Assembly: GCA_964530185.1 (NCBI GenBank)
Contig: CAZHBB010000006.1
Location: 1-61,520 of the forward strand
Source: an uncultured Anaerolineales bacterium
GTDB taxonomy: Bacteria; Chloroflexota; Anaerolineae; B4-G1; SLSP01
Length of the DNA stretch: 61,520 nucleotides
Direction: 5' to 3'
Both the position numbers and the translations under genes were made by a program. This document shows positions 8,782 to 16,077 of the stretch, in pieces (within the stretch, counting starts at the first letter, position 1; every line of letters starts with the position of its first letter). The notes below the pieces were generated by a model. The model ran no database searches, was not told where the DNA came from, and was given only the letters and a program-made list of their open reading frames with translations.

Positions 8782-9090
8782 TTGGAGGCGATAAGGCTCA
8801 TGGAGAAGATCAAGACTTTCGTGCGTGAACATCCACAATGGACGTCCTGGATCGTCCTCAGCATTGGCATGGTAGCCATTCTGGTATGGTCTGCCCGCGA
8901 TGTGGGCCTCCTGCCCGGCCAATGGGCTGCTCTGATCGTGGCCACGATCGTGGTGGCGGGTCTGGCGGTCTGGATCATCGGCTGGGAGGATGAGGAAGAA
9001 GTGGAGGGGGAAGGCGAGCCAGAGGGCCAGGAGGCGGATGAGGCCCCGTCGGAGGAGAAGGAGGAGGCTGAACCCCCGAGCACTGAGTAA
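8782..9090 (+). CDS. Small membrane protein with acidic C-terminal tail
   Basis: Two predicted TM helices ('WIVLSIGMVAILVW', 'AALIVATIVVAGLAVWIIG') are followed by 'WEDEEEVEGEGEPEGQEADEAPSEEKEEAEPPSTE'. The start may instead be at 8800. Confidence 0.5.
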   Translation: MEAIRLMEKIKTFVREHPQWTSWIVLSIGMVAILVWSARDVGLLPGQWAALIVATIVVAGLAVWIIGWEDEEEVEGEGEPEGQEADEAPSEEKEEAEPPSTE

Positions 9091-9145
9091 GGACTGGATA
9101 GTACAGACGCTCTCGCGGGAAGCGTGGGAGCTGGCATTTATTTCC

Positions 9146-9176
9146 ATGACACCTTCGTCTCAAGCGAAGGTGTCAT
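9146..9176 (+). terminator. Perfect 12-bp hairpin downstream of 8782-9090
   Basis: ATGACACCTTCG-tctcaag-CGAAGGTGTCAT. There is no clear U-tract. Confidence 0.35.
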
Positions 9177-9238
9177 GCTGTAAGGGGGCACGGTGCGAAT
9201 TCGGCTCCCGCTTGGCGTATGGAATGGCTTGATCGGCG

Positions 9239-9266
9239 TGATCTTCCACGTACAATCACGGCCATG
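9239..9266 (+). promoter_or_regulatory. Sigma-70-like promoter (TTGATC-16-TACAAT)
   Basis: The hexamers are at 9239-9244 and 9261-9266, about 40 nt upstream of the ATG at 9305. Confidence 0.4.
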
Positions 9267-9304
9267 GCGGTGCATGGGTCGCGATATCAACCTTGGAGGC
9301 TCGC

Positions 9305-10273
9305 ATGACCAACACCCCAGGGACCTTAAGAGTTAATAAGCGGACGGGGATTCGCCCGATCAAGCCCGCACAGGATATGCCGGTGGTGCTCGATCTGATT
9401 GAGGAAGGATTTCGTACTGAACTGGATCCCCAGGGGTGGAAGATGCTCGACCGCCTGCGGCGTCTGTATGGGCCAGGTCAGGTGGGCCGTGCCATCGTGG
9501 ACCTGGCGGAGGGGACAACGGGCTTCGTGTGGGAGGAAAACGGCGAGATTGTCGGCAACCTGTCCCTACGGCGGGCCTTGCCCTCCAGCACGCGAGGCCG
9601 CCTAATCGGCAATGTTGTGGTGCACCCAGATTATCGTGGGCGGGGCATCGGGCGGGCGCTGATGGAGGCGGCGCTGGATGAGGCTCGTCGTCAGGGGGCC
9701 CGTTGGGTGGGATTGGAGGTGCGGGCGGACAACGAGGTGGCCTGCGGATTGTACCGGAGATTGGGCTTCCGTGCAGTGGGACAGACCCGGCATCTGCTGC
9801 GTCCCAATGGGGTACCCTGGCCCAGAATTGGGCTTCCGAAAGGCCGGTGGCGCCGCTCGAAACCGGCTGATGCCTCCATATGGTTGCATCTGGCCCAGGC
9901 TGTCTATGACCCCAAACAGCGATTGGTTCTCGAGATCCGACCCAATCTATACGCCTTTGGTAGTTGGGGGCGCTCCGTCGCACTTTGGCTGAGCAAGAAA
10001 CAGGAACAGGCATGGCTGTGTGGGGAGGCGGCTGCCGTGCATGTCGCGGTTGAACGGCGTTACCGGTTCCACGTCTGGGATGTGCTGCTCCACCCCCGTG
10101 TCGCTGTGGAACAGGCTGCATGGGTGGTCGATCGTTGTGTGCGCAGTGTCCATCGTTGGCCACCCTGGCCAGTTGTGCTCATCGTGGCCGACATGCCTCC
10201 GCTGGTGGAGGCGATGTATGCTATCGGATTTCGGCTACACCGGACGCTTCAGCAGATGATCCTTGAGCTGTGA
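9305..10273 (+). CDS. GNAT-family N-acetyltransferase with extra C-terminal domain
   Basis: 'IGNVVVHPDYRGRGIGRALMEAALDEARRQGARWVGLEVRADNEVACGLYRRLGFRAVG' is a canonical GNAT core. About 150 further residues of unknown function follow. The ATG at 9305 follows GGAGG. Confidence 0.85.
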   Translation: MTNTPGTLRVNKRTGIRPIKPAQDMPVVLDLIEEGFRTELDPQGWKMLDRLRRLYGPGQVGRAIVDLAEGTTGFVWEENGEIVGNLSLRRALPSSTRGRLIGNVVVHPDYRGRGIGRALMEAALDEARRQGARWVGLEVRADNEVACGLYRRLGFRAVGQTRHLLRPNGVPWPRIGLPKGRWRRSKPADASIWLHLAQAVYDPKQRLVLEIRPNLYAFGSWGRSVALWLSKKQEQAWLCGEAAAVHVAVERRYRFHVWDVLLHPRVAVEQAAWVVDRCVRSVHRWPPWPVVLIVADMPPLVEAMYAIGFRLHRTLQQMILEL

Positions 10274-10291
10274 GGTCGGTCGCCCCGGTGT

Positions 10292-11050
10292 CTAGCTCAG
10301 CCGTGCCGTGGACGCGGTGCGCTGCCGGATGACTTCGTAGAGTGCGATAGAGCCTGCCACGGCTGCATTGAGTGAGTGGATCCGGCCGAACATGGGGATC
10401 CTCAGGAGCCAGTCACACTGGGCACGTACCAGCCGGCGAAGGCCCTCCCCCTCACTCCCGATCACCAGGCCCAGGGGAAGTGTCAGGTCAACGGCAGTGT
10501 AAAGCTGGGCCTCCGGGCAGTCCTCGAGGCCAGCGATCCAGATCCCCTGATCCTTCAACTGGCGAATTGTGCGTCCGAGGTTCGTCACCTGGGCGATGAG
10601 GAGATGTTCCGTTGCTCCAGCCGAGGTGTTTACTGCCGCGGGCGTGACCCCGGCTGCCCGTCGCTCCTGAAGGATGACCCCATGGACATTGGCCGCTTCC
10701 GCGGTGCGGATGAGGCTTCCCAGGTTGTGTACATCCTGCACCAGGTCGAGGAGGAGGATGAAGGGAGGACTCTCGGCCTGTGCGGCTCGCTTCAGCACAT
10801 CGGTGACCTCGACATAGGGGTAGCCGGAGACCTCCAATGCCGTGCCCTGATGCCGGTCGCTGCGGACCATCTTTGTCAGCTCCTTGCGTGAGAGAGTGGT
10901 GATGGGGATCTCCAGGGCCTTGGCCTGGGCGATAATATCGGAAAGGGTGGGAGAGGAGCTTACTCCCTCCGCGAGGAGCAGGCGATGGATCTGCCTGCGC
11001 CCGGCTCGCAGGGCCTCGCGTACACTGTGACGGCCGTAAAGGATTTCCAT
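10292..11050 (-). CDS. rlmB: 23S rRNA (guanosine-2'-O)-methyltransferase, SpoU/TrmH family (RlmB-like)
   Basis: 'MEILYGRHSVREALRAG' is the substrate-binding N-domain. SpoU motifs are 'NLGSLIRTAEA', 'VIGSEGEGL' and 'IPMFGRIHSLNAAVAGSIALYE'. It sits directly downstream of the cysS-like gene, as in many genomes. Confidence 0.9.
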   Translation of the reverse strand: MEILYGRHSVREALRAGRRQIHRLLLAEGVSSSPTLSDIIAQAKALEIPITTLSRKELTKMVRSDRHQGTALEVSGYPYVEVTDVLKRAAQAESPPFILLLDLVQDVHNLGSLIRTAEAANVHGVILQERRAAGVTPAAVNTSAGATEHLLIAQVTNLGRTIRQLKDQGIWIAGLEDCPEAQLYTAVDLTLPLGLVIGSEGEGLRRLVRAQCDWLLRIPMFGRIHSLNAAVAGSIALYEVIRQRTASTARLS

Positions 11051-11062
11051 CGATAGATACCT

Positions 11063-12475
11063 TCAGGGTTTCAGGTGCCAGGTGAAGCCTCTGGGGCTTT
11101 CCTCTATTCTAACACCCAGAGCTGCCAGTCGGCTCCGAAGGACATCTGCCCGCTGCCAATCCTTGTGCTTGAGGTATTCAGCGTATTGGGCCACCAGTAT
11201 CTCCATGAGCCCGTCGATCAGCCGTCCTTCATCCGTGGCCGTCAGCTCCTCGGGCAGGATTGCCAGGATGTGGGCAGCGAGGTCACGATAAAAGCGGTCG
11301 AGCGTAGAAAGTTGGGCCAGCGTCTTCTCTGTTGTGTGGCTTTCCTCAAGGAGGTCCTGCGTCTGATGGACTGCCTCAGCGAGGATGCTCACAGCTTTCG
11401 ACGTGTTGAATCCCTCATCCATAGCATCCAGGAAGGCCTGCCGCATTTCCTCCAGTGGGTCGAGGCTTGCCAGTGGTGCCGTGTCGCCACGCCGTTGTGA
11501 GAGCATATCCTCCAGGCGCCACCGGAGTTGCCGGACGACTTGATGTAGTTCATCTACCGCATGCTGAGAGGCCAGCATGGCCTCTCGGCTGAACTCAAGG
11601 GCCTCTTGATAGGGATGGCTGAGGAGGAAATAGCGGATAGCCTCCGGCGAGTAGAGTCGCAGGGCATCCTGAACAGTCAGGTAATTACCCAATGTGTGAC
11701 TCATGGGCTGGCCGCGCACGGTCAGTGGCGCGACAAGGAACCACGTGCGGGCTAGAGCGACACCGTTGAGGGCCTGGGCCTGGGCCAGATCACTCTGATG
11801 ATGGGAGAGGCCCGTCACACAGCACGCCAGAATGTCAAAGGTCGGTCCGAGGTAGCGATCCGCCAGCACTGGACATGCCACATGTGGGCCGGGAAACCCA
11901 GGGCCCCACGGGCTGGGCCAGGGCGCCGGGCTGCTGATCTCAATGTGCTCCCAGAGAAGGGGGTCAGGGTTCGCGGATGGCGGTTGGTCAGGTCCAACAT
12001 CCTCCATGGTTGGGTGGCCAGCCTGCCGCTGATCGAAGTAGAGGTGTCCGTCCTTCTCGTAGGCCAGGTCCTCCTCCAGGAGTCTGGTGATCCAGGCGAT
12101 GATGTCTTGAATGTGCGCCGTCGAACGAGGGGCGAAGCTGGGGCGCAGGTTACCCAGCGCGTCCATGACATCCTGGAAGCTGCGGATGTTGGCTTCAACC
12201 TGCTCCTCTGGGCTGGCCCTCTCGGGGTTCTCCTGGTCTCCCAGGTGATTCCGTGCAACTTCCAGAAGCGCCCGTGCGTCGCGATATGCCAGAGTATATT
12301 GGACCGTGTAACCGCGGAATTTGAGGTGGCGCACGACGGTGTCGACGACGACATAAAGTCTGGCGTGACCGAGGTGAGGGGGGTGCGCCGGAGAGGGCCC
12401 ACACACATAGAGCTGGACTGTGTGGCGGTTCTCCGACTGGGATTGCTCGGATCCATTAAGGATTTTCAGCGCCAT
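11063..12475 (-). CDS. Cysteinyl-tRNA synthetase homolog with degenerate catalytic motifs
   Basis: The protein is collinear with CysRS: 'YVCGPS...HLGHAR', 'WPSPWGPGFPGPHVAC', '...SHHQSDLAQ', '...MSHTLGNY', 'DEGFNT' and a C-terminal 'KDWQRADVLRSRL..LGVRIEESPRGFTW'. KMSKS is replaced by PMSHT, and GGGxD by ACCVT (see findings). Confidence 0.75.
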   Translation of the reverse strand: MALKILNGSEQSQSENRHTVQLYVCGPSPAHPPHLGHARLYVVVDTVVRHLKFRGYTVQYTLAYRDARALLEVARNHLGDQENPERASPEEQVEANIRSFQDVMDALGNLRPSFAPRSTAHIQDIIAWITRLLEEDLAYEKDGHLYFDQRQAGHPTMEDVGPDQPPSANPDPLLWEHIEISSPAPWPSPWGPGFPGPHVACPVLADRYLGPTFDILACCVTGLSHHQSDLAQAQALNGVALARTWFLVAPLTVRGQPMSHTLGNYLTVQDALRLYSPEAIRYFLLSHPYQEALEFSREAMLASQHAVDELHQVVRQLRWRLEDMLSQRRGDTAPLASLDPLEEMRQAFLDAMDEGFNTSKAVSILAEAVHQTQDLLEESHTTEKTLAQLSTLDRFYRDLAAHILAILPEELTATDEGRLIDGLMEILVAQYAEYLKHKDWQRADVLRSRLAALGVRIEESPRGFTWHLKP

Positions 12476-12504
12476 AGGGTGGGATCAAACTTTTCTGGAT
12501 AGCA

Positions 12505-13593
12505 TCAGTTGACTGAATCCTCTGGACGAGCGAAGATCATGCGGCCGGCAGCCGTCTGCAGCACCTTGGTCACTGTGACCTCGATGGTGTGGCCGATGTG
12601 CTCCAGTCCATCCTCCACGACTACCATTGTGCCGTCATCGAGGTAGCCTACGCCTTGATTGTATTCCTTTCCCTCCTGGAGCACGTGGACCGAGAATCGT
12701 TCCCCCGGCAGAAGGATGGTTTTGACGGCATTCGCTAACTCGTTGACGTTGAGAACCTGGACGGATTGCAGTTCGGCGACCCGGTTGAGGTTGTAGTCGT
12801 TGGTCAAGATGGCTGCGTCCATCTCCTTGGCCAGGGCGATCAACTTGTCGTCGACCTCACGGACCGCTGGGACATCTGCATCGATCAGTCGGACAGGTAT
12901 AGGGGAGTCATCCTGGAGTTGTCGCAAAATCTCAAGTCCCCTGCGTCCCCGATTGCGGCGCAAAGCGTCGGATGAATCCGCCACATGTTGAAGCTCGTTG
13001 AGCACGAAAAGAGGGACTATCAACTCTCCCTGGATGAAGCCGGTCTTACAGATGTCGGCAATGCGACCGTCGATGATCACGCTGGTGTCCAGCAAGATAG
13101 GCCTCGACTTGGTGCCCCCCAGGGGTTTCAACAGCATACTACTCTCCTCTTTCATGGAGAATCGACTGCGAAAGGCCTGGATGAGATCGGGGCGGGCGAG
13201 GATCGTCGCGACGCCGGCGTAGCCAAAGGCAGCAGCGACGATGAAGGGGAGAAACTGGCCTAATGGCTGCGGCAGCAGAGAGAGCGGGTACGCGGCGATG
13301 GCGCCCAGCGCAAGCCCAATGAAAAGCCCCAGAGTAGCCGAGAGGAGAGTGTGGGTGGGCATCTGCTGCACGGCCTTTCGTATTCGGCTGAGCGGCCGGA
13401 CGGCAAGCGGGGGGGCCACCAACCACCCAATGATGGCACCGATCACGCCCGTTGCAATGGCGATGTACAGGTGGACGGTTTCGGGGATGAAGGGGAACTG
13501 CTGGAGTTGGGTGCTGAGGGCAATACCTGCTGACGCGAAAACAATAAGTCCTACCACACGGAGAATGAGATGATCCACGCGTTTGGAATTCAT
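12505..13593 (-). CDS. yacL: PIN/TRAM-domain membrane protein (YacL-like)
   Basis: N-terminal TM helices are followed by the PIN domain 'ILLDTSVIIDGRI...LTNDYNL' and the TRAM domain 'GERFSVHVLQEGKEYNQGVGYLDDGTMVVVEDG...IEVTVTKVLQTAAGRMIFARP'. The start was moved to the ATG at 13593, which has a GGGAG RBS. Confidence 0.85.
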   Translation of the reverse strand: MNSKRVDHLILRVVGLIVFASAGIALSTQLQQFPFIPETVHLYIAIATGVIGAIIGWLVAPPLAVRPLSRIRKAVQQMPTHTLLSATLGLFIGLALGAIAAYPLSLLPQPLGQFLPFIVAAAFGYAGVATILARPDLIQAFRSRFSMKEESSMLLKPLGGTKSRPILLDTSVIIDGRIADICKTGFIQGELIVPLFVLNELQHVADSSDALRRNRGRRGLEILRQLQDDSPIPVRLIDADVPAVREVDDKLIALAKEMDAAILTNDYNLNRVAELQSVQVLNVNELANAVKTILLPGERFSVHVLQEGKEYNQGVGYLDDGTMVVVEDGLEHIGHTIEVTVTKVLQTAAGRMIFARPEDSVN

Positions 13594-13801
13594 AAGATAA
13601 TAACTCCCGATGTTATGGGGGCGCTTCAAATTATAAATCTGCGCCCCATTGAATTCCTCTGCCCCTGTCGTATCGATGACACGGCGGGGCATTGCTCATA
13701 AATAACGAATCCGAGTCAGGCTTTCTGACGCGAAAAATAAGTGCGTACGCAACCCGTATTGCTAGAAAATGTTAGCACTTTCGGCGAAATTGTCAAAAGA
13801 T

Positions 13802-13830
13802 TTGACTTCAAAGGTGTTCTTGATTATGAT
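13802..13830 (+). promoter_or_regulatory. Sigma-70-like promoter (TTGACT-17-TATGAT)
   Basis: The hexamers are at 13802-13807 and 13825-13830, about 40 nt upstream of the ATG at 13869. Confidence 0.45.
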
Positions 13831-13868
13831 AGATGAGAGTAAATACCCGTGTTTGAGGAGATCTGTGC

Positions 13869-14156
13869 ATGGCGCGTTGTCCTGAGTGTGGTGCAAGACT
13901 TGAGATCCCTGAAGACCTGAAACGCTTGGATCATTTCTATTGCCCCTCGTGTAATGCAGAACTTGAGGTATTGAATCTCGAGCCTTTGGAGCTAGAGGCC
14001 ATCTACGAGTTTGAGGCAGATGAGGAGGTAGAACTCTTTGCCTGGGATGAGGTTGAGGAGGAAGCAGAGCCTCTGGAAGAAGTAGAGGAAGAGGACGAGG
14101 AAGAGGAAGAAGAAGAGGAGGAGGTCGACGACGAGGAAGAAGAGGAGGTGTGGTAG
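13869..14156 (+). CDS. LysW-like zinc-ribbon protein with long polyacidic tail
   Basis: 'CPECGARLEIPEDLKRLDHFYCPSCNAELEVLNLEPLELEA' parallels Thermus LysW 'CPECGAELRLENPELGELVVCEDCGAELEVVGLDPLRLEPA' (from memory). About 55 residues follow that are almost entirely Glu/Asp, ending '...EEEEEVW'. Confidence 0.65.
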   Translation: MARCPECGARLEIPEDLKRLDHFYCPSCNAELEVLNLEPLELEAIYEFEADEEVELFAWDEVEEEAEPLEEVEEEDEEEEEEEEEVDDEEEEEVW

Positions 14157-14190
14157 GCGCTACTCTGCCTCGCCGAGATAACTTGGGAAG

Positions 14191-14225
14191 CACACAGGCC
14201 ATCAGTCAAGCTGATGGCCTGTGTG
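14191..14225. terminator. Perfect 15-bp hairpin between convergent genes
   Basis: CACACAGGCCATCAG-tcaag-CTGATGGCCTGTGTG, followed by the T-rich 'ttgtcgttggttgtt' on the + strand. It lies between 13869-14156 (+) and 14254-15873 (-). Confidence 0.6.
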
Positions 14226-14253
14226 TTGTCGTTGGTTGTTACAGCATCCACTG

Positions 14254-15873
14254 TCACATGCTGCGCCGCGATAGGATGAACAACACCAGGACGGCGACGG
14301 CCAGTGCCAGGACAATGAACCCGCTCACACGCAGGACGATGTTCAGGACGCTGGTCACGTTGGAGGTACTCTCGGACTCCGTCTCCCCAGGCTGCTCTGC
14401 AGGTGTGGGATTCTCGGTGCCAGTCCCTGGGGGCTGTGTGGCCTCGCTCTCCTTGTCGGAGCGTGTATATCCAAGTTCCAGGTTGAGAACCTGACCCTCA
14501 CTCAGCACGAAGTTCCATTGTCCTCCATCGACCAGAGCATATCCCGGCGGCGGCGTGTGTCGCAGGATATAATTGCCAGGCTCGAGGTCCTCAAAGCACC
14601 ACGGTTCGCTGATTCCATCGGTCGTCCGGCTATCAACCGGCCCACTCTTGGCAAGCAGGGTGATCTGGGCGTTGGGGAGTAACATCTCACCAGCATCTGC
14701 CTCGCGGAACATGTCGCCATTGGCGTCGTAGAAGGCCAGTACACAGACGGCCGCCTTTCCAGCCGCGGGGGCTGCCGGGAGCTCACCTCCTTGTTCCTCA
14801 CCTGGAGCAGAGGTACCTGTCTGATCCGCAGGTTCGGCGGTCGCCTCGGGCGTCGGTGTCGGTGCAGCCCCTTCGGTCACGGAGATCACGATCTCCTGTC
14901 CGATCTGCAGGATGCTGGAAGAGTCAAGGCCATTGAGTTTGTAGATCTGCTCCACCGGCACGTCATAGGCCAGTGCGATCCCGAAGAGAGTATCGCCTGC
15001 GACCACGGTATGCACGATGGCGCCATCCGGACGGGGCGTGGGGGTGAACTGGGGCGTGGGTGGGATTGCAGGTGTGGGAGGGGGTGGTGGCGGTGTGGGC
15101 GTCGGGGTCTCGGCAGGCGTGACCAGCGTCAGCGAGGCACTGTCGAAGTAGGCATCATTGTGCTTCAGTGCCCACTTTCCATGGGCGCGGATGAAAAATG
15201 TCACAGCGCCCGAAGGCCCCACAGTAGCCTGGACAGGGCCTACCAGCCCAAAGGTGTCGTAGTGATAGTAGGGCGCGCTCCATACGATGTTGGGGGAGAA
15301 GGGATCGGTCCCACCGTTGGGGTCAATCCCAACCTGGAACGAGAACGCATAGGGATCCCCACAGGATAGGGGCGGGTTGTCCTCACCGCAGGACCATGCA
15401 TGGGCGTAGAAGGAGCCTTCGACGATGCTGCCGGGGGGAAGGTCGCGCACCACCTGGAAGTATCCAGCGTTCTGCTTCCCGAAGAAGGTGAAGCACATGC
15501 CGCTGTAGTAGCCCTGATAAATGCGGACGGGCTCACTGTTGAAAGGGGGCTCATTGGGGATGACCTTGCACTCCGGGCGCTTGTACTCGCCCTCTTGCCA
15601 CCAGGTTACCCAGCCCTCAGGGGTGAAAATCTCCGAATAGGGAACCCCGTTGAAGGTGTCTCGTGTCCAGTTGTCTGGGTTGGGTAAAGGGTTGTCGATG
15701 GGCTTGCCGATGCCTTCAAAGCCGGGGTTAACCAGCAGGTTGGTGCCGATGGCCTGTGCTGCGGGGCTTAGGGCGTCTTCCGCGCGTGCGGCCGGCGCGG
15801 GAAGCAAGGCGAGAAGGGTGAACGCCAGCACGAACAGCGTCAAACCTTTCCTCTTTAGTTGCTGTTGGTTCAT
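14254..15873 (-). CDS. Secreted LysM-domain protein with C-terminal membrane anchor
   Basis: Domain order:
- Signal peptide 'LTLFVLAFTLLALLPAPAARA'.
- N-terminal beta-rich domain.
- Pro/Thr linker.
- LysM 'HTVVAGDTLFGIALAYDVPVEQIYKLNGL...LQIGQEIVISV'.
- Carboxypeptidase-regulatory-like segment 'CVLAFYDANGD...CFEDLEPGNYILRH'.
- C-terminal TM 'VSGFIVLALAVAVLVLFIL'.
AAGGAGG RBS. Confidence 0.8.
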   Translation of the reverse strand: MNQQQLKRKGLTLFVLAFTLLALLPAPAARAEDALSPAAQAIGTNLLVNPGFEGIGKPIDNPLPNPDNWTRDTFNGVPYSEIFTPEGWVTWWQEGEYKRPECKVIPNEPPFNSEPVRIYQGYYSGMCFTFFGKQNAGYFQVVRDLPPGSIVEGSFYAHAWSCGEDNPPLSCGDPYAFSFQVGIDPNGGTDPFSPNIVWSAPYYHYDTFGLVGPVQATVGPSGAVTFFIRAHGKWALKHNDAYFDSASLTLVTPAETPTPTPPPPPPTPAIPPTPQFTPTPRPDGAIVHTVVAGDTLFGIALAYDVPVEQIYKLNGLDSSSILQIGQEIVISVTEGAAPTPTPEATAEPADQTGTSAPGEEQGGELPAAPAAGKAAVCVLAFYDANGDMFREADAGEMLLPNAQITLLAKSGPVDSRTTDGISEPWCFEDLEPGNYILRHTPPPGYALVDGGQWNFVLSEGQVLNLELGYTRSDKESEATQPPGTGTENPTPAEQPGETESESTSNVTSVLNIVLRVSGFIVLALAVAVLVLFILSRRSM

Positions 15874-16077
15874 CAGTTTGTGCCTCCTTGAGCGATCTGC
15901 GTGCCACGATACATTGCGATTTTACCCTCACTCATACGCAATCAGCCGCCAGCGGCAAGAAGCGCTTCTACGCTGGCGGCGTCACGACAATAAGCGGCCC
16001 AGATCGAATCACGGTGGAATTATAGCATACGGGAAATCGTTGTCAACGGATGATCCGGAAGGTATACTTCGGGGACG

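Noticed and set aside
14003-14257. Poly-Ser 84-aa minus-strand ORF, and the repetitive GAG/GAA tract considered as a possible CRISPR or tandem repeat.
   Set aside because: It is the antisense image of the poly-Glu tail of the LysW-like gene. There is no repeat-spacer periodicity, only codon-level GAR repetition.
15945-15980. Hairpin GCCGCCAGC...GCTGGCGGC with an inner GAAGCGCTTC palindrome, in the divergent intergenic region between the LysM and GT-C genes. Considered as another copy of the XPB-flanking element.
   Set aside because: The sequence is unrelated to the 54914/61175 element beyond being GC-rich and palindromic. It is possibly an operator, but this is a single occurrence with no further support.
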